A model generated the notes under the pieces. That model ran no database searches. It was not told where the DNA came from and saw only the letters and a list, made by a program, of their open reading frames with translations. A stretch of DNA of 64,000 nucleotides from Defluviitaleaceae bacterium (lineage in GTDB: Bacteria > Bacillota > Clostridia > Lachnospirales > WQUN01), in NCBI GenBank assembly GCA_009779755.1, contig WRDO01000007.1, positions 21,165 to 85,164 on the forward strand, in the 5' to 3' direction. The position numbers were made by a program, and so were the translations under genes. This document shows, piece after piece, positions 9,459 through 18,262 of this stretch (within the stretch, counting starts at the first letter, position 1; each line of letters starts with the position of its first letter).

Positions 9459-10673
9459 ATGGACCTGCCCCTTTCCAAAAATATCGAAATCCTGCGGGAG
9501 CTGCTAACCATAGAACACTTCACCCTCCCCAACCGTTTAGCCATACAGCCGATGGAAGGCGCGGACGGCACGCGCGATGGTGCGCCCGACGAATTGGCGG
9601 TACGGCGTTACGACCGCTTCGCCGAAAGCGGTGCGGGGTTGATATGGTTTGAAGCGGTAGCGGTCAGGCACGATGGCCGCGCCAATCCGCGCCAGTTATG
9701 GATGCATGAGGGGAATACCGATGACTTTAAACACTTGGTATCACGCATCCGCACAAACGCCGTAAAATCGGGCAACCCCGACCCCGTTATCATCATGCAA
9801 GCCACACACAGCGGGCGGTATTCACGCCCCGACGGGCCGCTTGAGCCGATGATCGCGTGCAATAACCCCATCTACGAAGGCGACAACCCCCTACCTCCCG
9901 AGCGCATCGTCTCCGACGATACGTTAAAGCAAATCGAGGAACGCTACGGCGTTATCGCGCGTATGGCGCAGGATTGCGGCTTCGACGGCATTGATATAAA
10001 AGGCTGCCACCGCTATTTAAACGGCGAACTGCTTGCCGCGTACGAACGCCCCGGCCCGTACGGCGGCCCGCTTGAAAACCGCTCCCGCTTCTTCCGAAAC
10101 GCAACACAAAACGCGCGCGCGGTAACGAAACGCGGCTTCCTCGTTACCACACGCGTAAATATTTACGACGGCATCCCCTACCCTTACGGCTTCGGCGTAC
10201 GTGAAAGCGGCGGCATCGAACCCGACTTAACCGAGCCCATCGAATTATTGAAGGCTATGGATTTTTCTCTGGTTAACATCTCCATGGGTAATCCGTACTT
10301 TAACCCGCAGGTAAACCGCCCCACCGACCTTAAAGGCGTGGAGCGTATGTATCACCTGACGAAAATCATCCGCGACGCGTTGCCCGGGGTAAAAATCATC
10401 GCCTCGGCACCGACGTTTTTACGCGGCGATTCGCCGTACCTCGCGGCGGGCGCGGTCGAGCAGGACTACGCCGACGCGGTGGGCTTCGGGCGGATGGCCT
10501 TCGCTTACCCCGCCTTCGCGCGGGATATATTAAACGGCTCGTTTGACGACAAGCAAACCTGCATTACCTGCGGCAAATGCTCGGAGCTTATGCGCGGCTC
10601 ACGCGCGGGCTGCGTGGTGCGCGATCCGGTTTACACAGAGCTGTACAAGCAAATGAAGGAGGCGCAAGCATGA
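9459..10673 (+). CDS. OYE-family NADH:flavin oxidoreductase with C-terminal 4Fe-4S motif (enoate/dienoyl-CoA-reductase-like N-terminal half)
   Basis: Start set to ATG 9459 (GAAAGGA RBS); the 9414 start lies inside the hairpin. Old-Yellow-Enzyme-like TIM barrel sequence. C-terminal CITCGKCSELMRGSRAGC (CxxCxxC..C). No FAD/NAD domain follows. Confidence 0.75.
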   Translation: MDLPLSKNIEILRELLTIEHFTLPNRLAIQPMEGADGTRDGAPDELAVRRYDRFAESGAGLIWFEAVAVRHDGRANPRQLWMHEGNTDDFKHLVSRIRTNAVKSGNPDPVIIMQATHSGRYSRPDGPLEPMIACNNPIYEGDNPLPPERIVSDDTLKQIEERYGVIARMAQDCGFDGIDIKGCHRYLNGELLAAYERPGPYGGPLENRSRFFRNATQNARAVTKRGFLVTTRVNIYDGIPYPYGFGVRESGGIEPDLTEPIELLKAMDFSLVNISMGNPYFNPQVNRPTDLKGVERMYHLTKIIRDALPGVKIIASAPTFLRGDSPYLAAGAVEQDYADAVGFGRMAFAYPAFARDILNGSFDDKQTCITCGKCSELMRGSRAGCVVRDPVYTELYKQMKEAQA

Positions 10674-11380
10674 ACGCGCAAAAAACCGCTGTCGTAACGG
10701 GCGCGTCCCGCGGCATCGGCCTTTGCATCGCGGACAGCTTGGAAAACGCGGGGTACGCCGTCGTCCGCGCGAGCCGCTCGGGCGACCCCCCGTGCGACAT
10801 CGGCGAAGCCTCCGACCGCGAACGGTTGCTGAAATATGTACTTAATAAACATGGCCGCGTGGATTTGCTGGTTAATAACGCGGGCATCGCCCCCGCCGTA
10901 CGGGCGGACCTTCTGGAAACGACCCTAAACAGCTTCCGCACCGTTTTGCGTACCAACTTGGAGGGTACGTTTTTTATGTGCCAATTATTCGCCGACCAAA
11001 TGCGCAAGCAACCGCGGGAAAATCCCTGCCGCATAATCAATATTTCATCCATTTCCGCGTACACATCCTCCACCAAACGCGGGGAATATTGCGTTTCGAA
11101 GGCCGGCGTAAGCATGGTGACGCAACTCTTCGCCGACCGTTTGGCGGAATACGGCATCGGCGTGTTCGAAATCCGCCCCGGCATTATCGAAACCGATATG
11201 ATCGCGAAAGCAAAGGACGATTACGAACGGCGCATCGTTAACGGCCTTACACCCGTAAAGCGTCTCGGCCAACCGCAGGATGTGGCTGATATCGTCTTGG
11301 CCATCGCAAGCGGCGCGTTCGACTTCGCCACGGGGCAGGTCTTTAACGCGGACGGCGGTTTCCATTTAAGGAGATTATAA
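10670..11380 (+). CDS. short-chain dehydrogenase/reductase (SDR)
   Basis: ATGA overlap with the upstream stop; TGASRGIG cofactor motif; YCVSK (YxxxK) active site. Confidence 0.85.
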   Translation: MNAQKTAVVTGASRGIGLCIADSLENAGYAVVRASRSGDPPCDIGEASDRERLLKYVLNKHGRVDLLVNNAGIAPAVRADLLETTLNSFRTVLRTNLEGTFFMCQLFADQMRKQPRENPCRIINISSISAYTSSTKRGEYCVSKAGVSMVTQLFADRLAEYGIGVFEIRPGIIETDMIAKAKDDYERRIVNGLTPVKRLGQPQDVADIVLAIASGAFDFATGQVFNADGGFHLRRL

Positions 11381-13213
11381 ATGAAGGAATACTACCACAC
11401 GCTGGTTATCGGCAGCGGCTGCGCGGGGTACAACGCGGCGGATAACCTCCATAATTTGGGCGTGACCGATATCGCCGTCGTTACCGAGGGGCGCGAAATG
11501 GGGACGTCGCGTAACACGGGCAGCGATAAACAAACCTATTACAAACTCACCCTCGCGGGCGAGGAGCCCGACAGCGTTTATGACATGGCGCGTACGTTAT
11601 TTGACGGCGGAGCGGTACACGGTGATACGGTCTTAATCGAAGCCGCCTGTTCCGTCAAGTGCTTTATGAAGTTGGTGCATTTGGGCCTCCCCTTCCCCAC
11701 CAACCCCTACGGCGCGTACATCGGTTACAAAACCGACCACGACCCAAGGCAACGCGCCACCTCCTGCGGGCCGCTGACTTCGCGCTTTATGACCGAAGCG
11801 CTCGAGCGGGAGGTAATCAAAAAAGGCGTGCCGATTTTGGACAGCGCGCAGGTTGTAAAATTACTGACGGAAAACGGACGCGTTTACGGCTTGGTATATT
11901 ACCGCGCGGGCGAAGGCTTTACGACGTTGTACGCACAAAACATCATCCTCGCCACGGGCGGCCCCGCGGGGATTTACGCCGATACCGTGTTCCCCGCTTC
12001 ACAAACCGGAGGCACGGGGCTTGCGCTTGCGGCGGGTGCCAAGGCGTGTAATCTACAGGAATGGCAGTACGGCCTCGCGAGCGTCGATTTCCGCTGGAAC
12101 GTTTCCGGCACGTACCAGCAGGTTTTGCCGCGTTATATTTCCGTGGACGCGTTGGGTAACGAATACGAATTCCTAAACGAATATTACAGCACCGCCGCCG
12201 AAGCGTATGACCGCGTGTTCCTTAAAGGCTACCAATGGCCCTTTGATTCGCGCAAAACGGAAGGCTCGTCCCGCATTGATTTGCTTGTTTCCAAGGAAAT
12301 AAACGAACGCGGCCGCACGGTTTACATGGACTTCCGTCGGAACCCGTCCGGCTTGCGCTTTGACGGTTTGTCCCGCGAGGCGTATGAATATTTGCGTAAA
12401 TCCGACGCGCTCCTCGGTACACCCGTGGAGCGGTTGGCGAAGATGAACCCCAAGGCTATCGAACTGTATAAAAATAACGGTATCGATTTATATAGGGAAC
12501 CCCTTAAAATCGCCGTTTGCGCCCAGCATTGCAACGGCGGTATCGCCGTGGACGCAAATTGGGAAACGAACATCCGCGGGTTATACGCCGCGGGCGAAGC
12601 GGCGGGGACATTCGGCGTATACCGTCCGGGCGGCAGCGCGCTTAACTCCGCGATGGTGGGGTCGATGCGGGCGGCGGAGCATATCGCGAAATGTGCCGCT
12701 TCCGCCAAGGGTGGGAATGTCCCCTCAGCACGCTCATTCGGTTCGCTTAAGGCGCACTTCGGGGAATTCCCGCCCTCGGCCGGTGCCTCGGTTTTTCCCG
12801 CGGTATCCTTCGCAACGGAAGCGAACTTCGCAAAAAAGCATAAAGATTTGCAAGAACGCATGAGCCAATTCGCCGCGTACAACCGTGATATTAACGAAAT
12901 GCAAAAATTATATGACCAATGCAGGGAACGGTTGGAAAATTATTTTACGCAAATGACAGTCGCCAACGAAACCGACGTTCCGGCATTGTTTAAATGTTAT
13001 GATCTGTTGGTTACGCAAACAGCGGTGTTGTCGGCCATATTATTTTCCGCACGGGAATGGAGCAGCCACGGCGGCGCGGTTGTAAAAGACGCGCCGATAA
13101 AGGAAAATGACTTCAAGCATGTTATCATTACATACAACGGCGAATCCCGCTTTGAACCGGTCAAGCCGCTGCCCGTGTGCGACGACTGGTTCGAACGGGA
13201 TTGGAACGTGTGA
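11381..13213 (+). CDS. FAD-binding flavoprotein (fumarate reductase / succinate dehydrogenase / L-aspartate oxidase-like)
   Basis: 610-aa ORF; VIGSGCAGYNAA dinucleotide-binding start; family resemblance by eye; start abuts the upstream stop (TAAATG). Confidence 0.7.
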   Translation: MKEYYHTLVIGSGCAGYNAADNLHNLGVTDIAVVTEGREMGTSRNTGSDKQTYYKLTLAGEEPDSVYDMARTLFDGGAVHGDTVLIEAACSVKCFMKLVHLGLPFPTNPYGAYIGYKTDHDPRQRATSCGPLTSRFMTEALEREVIKKGVPILDSAQVVKLLTENGRVYGLVYYRAGEGFTTLYAQNIILATGGPAGIYADTVFPASQTGGTGLALAAGAKACNLQEWQYGLASVDFRWNVSGTYQQVLPRYISVDALGNEYEFLNEYYSTAAEAYDRVFLKGYQWPFDSRKTEGSSRIDLLVSKEINERGRTVYMDFRRNPSGLRFDGLSREAYEYLRKSDALLGTPVERLAKMNPKAIELYKNNGIDLYREPLKIAVCAQHCNGGIAVDANWETNIRGLYAAGEAAGTFGVYRPGGSALNSAMVGSMRAAEHIAKCAASAKGGNVPSARSFGSLKAHFGEFPPSAGASVFPAVSFATEANFAKKHKDLQERMSQFAAYNRDINEMQKLYDQCRERLENYFTQMTVANETDVPALFKCYDLLVTQTAVLSAILFSAREWSSHGGAVVKDAPIKENDFKHVIITYNGESRFEPVKPLPVCDDWFERDWNV

Positions 13214-13231
13214 ATAAAGGAGGCTACCCCT

Positions 13232-14236
13232 ATGCGCAAACCCGATTTTAACAACATCTTAAAGGTATTACGCCGCGAAGCGCCCGACCGCCCCACGCTC
13301 TTCGAGTTTTTCCTCAACCATAACCTATACGCACGCGTGGCGGGATGCACGCCCGAAAATTTCGACTACAGCGTGGAAAGCATGTGCCATGCCTTTAACG
13401 CCGCGGGGTACGACTATGCAACGGTTTCGGGGTCCGCGTTCGGCTTCCCCGCGCTTGAAAAAAAGCGCAACCAAACCTATTCGCTTAACGACGGCGTATC
13501 GATCGCGTGCCGCGCGGACTTCGACGCTTACCCGTGGCCCGATCCCGATGCCTTCGATTATTCCGCCGTAAAAGACGCCGACGTACCCGCGGGTATGAAG
13601 CTGATGGTCAACGGGCCGTGCGGCGTGTTGGAAAACGCCATCTCCCTCGTAGGCTACGACAACCTCGCGCTTATGATCTTCGATGACGAACAACTGGTGT
13701 ACGACGTATTCGAGCAGGTCGGCTCGCGCCTTCTCCGTTATTACGAATTAAGCATCAAGAATAATAACGTCGGCCTGCTGATGTCCAACGACGATTGGGG
13801 CTTTAACACGCAAACCATGATTTCGCCGCGGGACATGGCGCGCTTTGTATTCCCGTGGCACAAGAAAATCGTCGCGCTCGCGCACGAAACGGGCATCCCC
13901 GCGGTGCTGCATTCATGCGGCAACCTGCGCGAAGTGATGGACGCCGTCATCAATGACATGAAATTCGACGGCAAGCATTCCTACGAGGACATAATCCAAC
14001 CCGTGGAGGACGCGTACCGCGAATACAGCGATCGGATCGCCATATTGGGCGGTATCGATTTGGGCTTTATCACTACGGGTACGCCGGAGGAAATTACAGC
14101 CCGCTGTAAAAAAATGCTTGAAATCGGGCAAAAGGGCTACGCGTTGGGGACGGGCAACAGCGTCCCCGATTACGTACCGCATGAAAATTATTTCGCCATG
14201 ACAAAAGCGGCGTTGGGGGACCGATATGGATATTAG
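13232..14236 (+). CDS. uroporphyrinogen decarboxylase (URO-D / MtaA-like) family protein
   Basis: 334-aa ORF; resembles URO-D-superfamily proteins by eye (PDRPTLFEFF, HSCGN, ILGGID segments). Confidence 0.65.
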   Translation: MRKPDFNNILKVLRREAPDRPTLFEFFLNHNLYARVAGCTPENFDYSVESMCHAFNAAGYDYATVSGSAFGFPALEKKRNQTYSLNDGVSIACRADFDAYPWPDPDAFDYSAVKDADVPAGMKLMVNGPCGVLENAISLVGYDNLALMIFDDEQLVYDVFEQVGSRLLRYYELSIKNNNVGLLMSNDDWGFNTQTMISPRDMARFVFPWHKKIVALAHETGIPAVLHSCGNLREVMDAVINDMKFDGKHSYEDIIQPVEDAYREYSDRIAILGGIDLGFITTGTPEEITARCKKMLEIGQKGYALGTGNSVPDYVPHENYFAMTKAALGDRYGY

Positions 14237-15227
14237 GAATTTGACCGGGCGGGAAAAGACCGCGATTTTATTGATTACGTTGGGGCGGGAAAAAGCCGCG
14301 AATATCTTTAAACACCTTAAGGATGAAGAAGTGGAGTCAATCGTATTGGAAATCGCCAACACCCAACGCGTCACACCCGATACCCGCGACTCGGTGTTGG
14401 AGGAGTTTTATCAGATATGTTTGGCGCAGCAGTATATTTCGCAGGGCGGCATCGATTTCGCGAAGGATATTTTGATTAAAGCGTTGGGCGAGGAACGCGC
14501 TTATTCCGTGCTCAGCAAGCTCACAGTCAATTTACAGGTTCGCCATTTCGACTTCCTTGCGAAGATCGACGCCAACCAAATCGTAAACTTTATTTCAAGC
14601 GAAGGCGCGTGGACGATCGCATTGGTGTTGTCGTACCTTCGTCCCCAACAAGCGGCGGACGTGCTTTCCAACCTGCCTACCGAGGTACAGGCCGACGTGG
14701 CGCGCCGCATCGCCACCATGGAAGGCACAACCCCCGACGTGATTAAGGACGTGGAGCGGCTGCTGGAAAAGAAGGTCAGCTCCCTCGCCACGGGCGACTT
14801 CGCACAGGCGGGCGGGCTCGATACGCTGGTGGAAATCCTCGGAAGGGTGGACCGTACCACCGAACGGCAGGTACTGGAAACATTGGACACGGATGACGCG
14901 TACCTCGCCGAGGAAATCCGCAAGAAGATGTTCACCTTCGAAGACATAATCAAATTGCAACCCGCGCATATCCAAGTATTGATGGGTTCGGTACAGCAAA
15001 GCGATTTGGTCGTCGCCCTAAAGAGCGCGAGCGAGGAAATAAAGGCTTTGTTCCTGCGCAACGTTTCCGCTCGTCGGCGGGCGGACATCGAGCAGGAGCT
15101 TGAATACTTGGGGCCGACAAAAAAAAGCGACGTGGAAGCGGCGCAGCAAGTGATCGTCGCACTGGTAAGACGCTTACAACAGGATAAAAAAATCGAGATT
15201 GTGGGTAATTCGGATGAATTTGTGTAA
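14226..15227 (+). CDS. fliG: flagellar motor switch protein FliG (orphan copy)
   Basis: 333-aa ORF collinear with B. subtilis FliG as I remember it: LTGREKTAILLITLG, AQQYISQGGIDFA, VQADVARRIATMEGTTP, MFTFEDI hinge, charged C-terminal helix RRRADIEQELEYLGP. ATG overlaps the upstream stop by 11 nt. Confidence 0.85.
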   Translation: MDIRNLTGREKTAILLITLGREKAANIFKHLKDEEVESIVLEIANTQRVTPDTRDSVLEEFYQICLAQQYISQGGIDFAKDILIKALGEERAYSVLSKLTVNLQVRHFDFLAKIDANQIVNFISSEGAWTIALVLSYLRPQQAADVLSNLPTEVQADVARRIATMEGTTPDVIKDVERLLEKKVSSLATGDFAQAGGLDTLVEILGRVDRTTERQVLETLDTDDAYLAEEIRKKMFTFEDIIKLQPAHIQVLMGSVQQSDLVVALKSASEEIKALFLRNVSARRRADIEQELEYLGPTKKSDVEAAQQVIVALVRRLQQDKKIEIVGNSDEFV

Positions 15228-15264
15228 ATGTTAAATTCGAAATTAAACAAAAGGAGCCGGGATA

Positions 15265-16461
15265 ATGGAAACGAATCGGTTATTGGATTTCGCGCGGAAG
15301 GATTTAAACGATTTATTAAAATGGTGGATGACCCATACCCCCGATGAAATTAACGGCGGCTTCTACGGCGTCGTACGCGGCGACAATACCCCCAACGGAG
15401 CGGCTGACCGTTTTATCGTCGTCAACGCCCGCTTGGTGTGGACGTTTTCCGCCGCGTACCACTTGACGAAAAACGCCAAATACAAAAAATACGCCGACCG
15501 CGCTTATGATTACCTCACGCGGTTTTTTTATGATGAAAAACACGGGGGGTTTTATACCTATGTCGATTATAAAGGCACGGCGGTAAACGACCGCAAAATG
15601 ACCTACGGCAACGCCTTCGCGGTATACGGCTTGTCCGAATACGCCCGTATATTCTCATGCGACGCCGCGAAGAAACTGGCGTTGGAGACCGCCAACCACT
15701 TGGACACACACATGTGGGACGCGCAGTACAAGGGTTACTTCGAAGTGGCAAGCCGCGACTGGCAATACATGCCTAATATTTTAATGATCCAATACGAACC
15801 CGAAAGCCAAAAGACGATGAACACGCACCTGCATATTTTGGAGGCGTACGCGAACCTGCTGCGTATCGACGGCGACAATAAACTACTGCGCCACCGCGTG
15901 CGGACGTTGTTATATTTATTTTTAAATAAAATAATAAATAACGATAATTGGCATTTTAATTATTTCCAAAAGCGCGATTGGACGCTCACCAACCCCAACT
16001 ACAGCTTGGGGCATGACATCGAGGGCAGTTGGCTTTTGTACGAAGCCGCGGAGATTTTGAGCGAACCCGAAGCCTTGGCGGATACGAAACGCGTATGCGC
16101 CAATATGGCGCGCGCGGTGTATGATATGGGGATTTCGCCCGAGGGCGGTATCTATACCGAATACGACGTACACGAGCGTTCATATTCCGATCAATTTTCT
16201 TGGTGGGAGCAAAACGAGGGTGTCGTGGGTTTCCTGCACGCCTACGAAACGACCGGCGAACGTAAATTTTTGGACGCTTCATTGGCGTCCTTGGATTTTA
16301 TTGAAAAATATTTCATCGACCGAAAGCACGGCGGCTGGTACGCCTACATCAACCGCGACCTTACACCCGATACCGCCCGTGACAAGTGCAACCCTTACAT
16401 TTGCCCCTACCACAACGCGCGTATGAGTATGGAAATCATTCGGAGATTGGAAAAATGTTGA
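15265..16461 (+). CDS. AGE family epimerase/isomerase (N-acylglucosamine 2-epimerase / cellobiose 2-epimerase-like)
   Basis: 398-aa ORF; NAFAVYGLSEY, HLHILEAY, GHDIEGSWLL, WWEQNEGVVGF and CPYHNARM segments typical of the (alpha/alpha)6 AGE family; AAGGAG RBS. Confidence 0.75.
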   Translation: METNRLLDFARKDLNDLLKWWMTHTPDEINGGFYGVVRGDNTPNGAADRFIVVNARLVWTFSAAYHLTKNAKYKKYADRAYDYLTRFFYDEKHGGFYTYVDYKGTAVNDRKMTYGNAFAVYGLSEYARIFSCDAAKKLALETANHLDTHMWDAQYKGYFEVASRDWQYMPNILMIQYEPESQKTMNTHLHILEAYANLLRIDGDNKLLRHRVRTLLYLFLNKIINNDNWHFNYFQKRDWTLTNPNYSLGHDIEGSWLLYEAAEILSEPEALADTKRVCANMARAVYDMGISPEGGIYTEYDVHERSYSDQFSWWEQNEGVVGFLHAYETTGERKFLDASLASLDFIEKYFIDRKHGGWYAYINRDLTPDTARDKCNPYICPYHNARMSMEIIRRLEKC

Positions 16462-17174
16462 CGCTGTATTTTTCGGGCACGGGCAACACCAAATACGTTG
16501 CGGAACTGTTCAGCCGCAAGATGGGTGCGGTGTGCCATTCCATCGAAGAGGAAATCAATTTCGCACAGTTCATCAAATCACACGACACGCTGGTTTTTTG
16601 TTATCCCGTCTACGGTTCACGCGTGCCGCTTATCATGCGCGATTTCGTAAAAATGAACCAAGCATGGATTGCCGATAAGAAAATAATCATCCTCGTTACG
16701 CAAAACCTGTTTTCCGGCGACGGGGCGCGGGCGTTTACGGACCTCTTCAAAAAGCGCAAGCTGAAAGTGATATACGCCGAGCACTTTAATATGCCGAACA
16801 ACGTCCCCCTGTTATTCTATAAAAAGCTAACCCCCACGGAATTGGGCAATTATATACGCAAATTGGAAATCAAAATGGAAAAAACCTGTCGGAACATTAT
16901 ATCCGGCACTACGCTAAAGCGCGGATTCTCCCCGTTTTCACGGTTGCTCGGCCTTATCCAAGGATTGCCGTGGATGGCCTTCGTCGAAAAACAAATGGCC
17001 AAAAGCGTACGGATTTCCAAACATTGCAACGGATGCGGCCTATGCGCGACGGTCTGCCCGGCGAGCAGGGACCGTTGCACGCTCTGCTTCCGCTGCGTCA
17101 ACAAATGCCCGCAACAAGCGATTACCATCTTTTTCCCGGGCAAACCGAAATGGCAATACGAAGGGGTTGAATAA
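16455..17174 (+). CDS. flavodoxin-like / 2x[4Fe-4S] ferredoxin fusion (EFR1-like)
   Basis: Start moved to ATG 16455 (7-nt overlap with the upstream stop); MLTLYFSGTGNTKYVAE flavodoxin-type start; CNGCGLCATVCP and CTLCFRCVNKCP cluster motifs. Confidence 0.65.
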   Translation: MLTLYFSGTGNTKYVAELFSRKMGAVCHSIEEEINFAQFIKSHDTLVFCYPVYGSRVPLIMRDFVKMNQAWIADKKIIILVTQNLFSGDGARAFTDLFKKRKLKVIYAEHFNMPNNVPLLFYKKLTPTELGNYIRKLEIKMEKTCRNIISGTTLKRGFSPFSRLLGLIQGLPWMAFVEKQMAKSVRISKHCNGCGLCATVCPASRDRCTLCFRCVNKCPQQAITIFFPGKPKWQYEGVE

Positions 17175-17531
17175 ATGAATATCCAAATCTTCGGCAAAAC
17201 AAAATGCTTCGACACGAAAAAGGCCGAACGCTACTTTAAGGAACGCAAGATCAAGTTCCAATCCATCGACATCCTGCGATACGGCATCTCCAAAGGCGAA
17301 TACCAAAGCGTTAAAAACGCCGTAGGCGGCATGGATAACCTGATCGACGTAAAATCCAAAGAATACGAAAGCCTGCATATCCAATACCTTTCCGATAAAT
17401 CGGACGTCGAGGAACGCCTGCTGGACAACCCCGCCCTCTTCATCACACCCATCGTACGCAACGGCAAAAAAGCAACGGTCGGCCATCGCCCCGATGTATG
17501 GGGTGAATGGGTTGATTTTCTGGAGGGTTGA
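17175..17531 (+). CDS. ArsC/Spx/YffB family protein
   Basis: 118-aa ORF; MNIQIFGKTKCFDTKKAERYF N-terminus typical of the ArsC/YffB family (single Cys); start abuts the upstream stop (TAAATG). Confidence 0.7.
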   Translation: MNIQIFGKTKCFDTKKAERYFKERKIKFQSIDILRYGISKGEYQSVKNAVGGMDNLIDVKSKEYESLHIQYLSDKSDVEERLLDNPALFITPIVRNGKKATVGHRPDVWGEWVDFLEG

Positions 17532-17581
17532 AATTTTAAATCCTTCGTACCCTGCCCGATAATTGAAAGGAGTTAAATGCC

Positions 17582-17983
17582 ATGAAAGATACCTATGTAT
17601 ACCCCGCTGTAATAACGGTTGACGCTGACGGAATATCCGTTGAGTTTCCCGATTTGCCCGGTTGTTTATCTTGCGCCGACACGACAGAGGAAGCTGCGCG
17701 GAACGCAAACGAAGCGCTGCGACTTCACTTGTGGAGTATGGAAAAGGACGGTGATGTTATCCCCGCACCGACCGACTTGACGAAGATTGTACTCGAAGAA
17801 AGGCAAATCCCGCTGTTGGTGGAGGTATTCATGCCGCCCGTAAGGGATCGCCAAGCCAATCGATTTGTGAAAAAAACTTTATCGATACCAAGCTGGCTAA
17901 ATGCAGAAGCCGAAAGAGCCGGGGTTAACTTTTCCCAAATATTACAAACATCACTCAAAGAGCATTTACAAGTCGCCAACTAG
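17582..17983 (+). CDS. HicB family antitoxin-like protein (no adjacent HicA)
   Basis: 133-aa ORF; VYPAVITVDADGISVEFPDLPGCLSCADTTEEA..EALRLHL HicB N-domain pattern; RHH-like C-terminus LSIPSWLNAEAERAGVNFSQIL. Confidence 0.65.
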   Translation: MKDTYVYPAVITVDADGISVEFPDLPGCLSCADTTEEAARNANEALRLHLWSMEKDGDVIPAPTDLTKIVLEERQIPLLVEVFMPPVRDRQANRFVKKTLSIPSWLNAEAERAGVNFSQILQTSLKEHLQVAN

Positions 17984-18003
17984 CCACCCGAAAGGGTGGT
18001 TTT
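17984..18003 (+). terminator. rho-independent terminator
   Basis: CCACCC-GAAA-GGGTGG followed by TTTT, immediately after the HicB-like stop. Confidence 0.7.
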
Positions 18004-18216
18004 CCTTTGTTAAGTATTGTAAAAACTTTACAGGGTTGGAATTGCATATTTCGCCGAAACCGGATATACTGATATTAGACCGCTTGCGATTTATCGCTGA
18101 GACACGTTGTATTGCTCTGTCGGAGGGTGACCGTGGAGGTTCCGTAGAGGTTCGCGATAACCCTTTTCCGACTAGGGGGAACCCGAATCGTAAAAATCGC
18201 TTTTCACGAAACATTT

Positions 18217-18243
18217 GATACGCCCCGCTGCTTGGGGCGTATC
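18217..18243 (+). other. 10-bp hairpin in the 5' leader of the PBECR4-like gene
   Basis: GATACGCCCC-gctgctt-GGGGCGTATC, 20 nt before ATG 18263; no U-tract, so not a canonical terminator. Confidence 0.5.
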
Positions 18244-18262
18244 TTACATTACAGGGGTGGAC

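Noticed and set aside
14501-15250. 249-aa minus-strand ORF antisense to fliG. Similar shadow ORFs lie at 10588-11184, 12322-12882, 22638-23237, 44796-45389, 48510-49154 and 49644-50357.
   Set aside because: All lie fully inside well-supported genes on the other strand. They are Ser/Arg/Ala/Cys-rich with no motifs, which is typical of GC-rich shadow frames.
17532-17581. Search for a hicA partner next to the HicB-like gene
   Set aside because: The 50-nt gap upstream and the terminator downstream leave no room for one, and no short HicA-like ORF appears in any frame.
18004-18216. Possible type III TA antitoxin RNA repeats or a known structured RNA between the HicB-like and PBECR4-like genes
   Set aside because: I found no tandem repeats, only scattered 6-7-mers. 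I also saw no signature of tmRNA, SRP, RNase P, 6S or common riboswitches. It is kept only as a spacer to test by RNA-seq.
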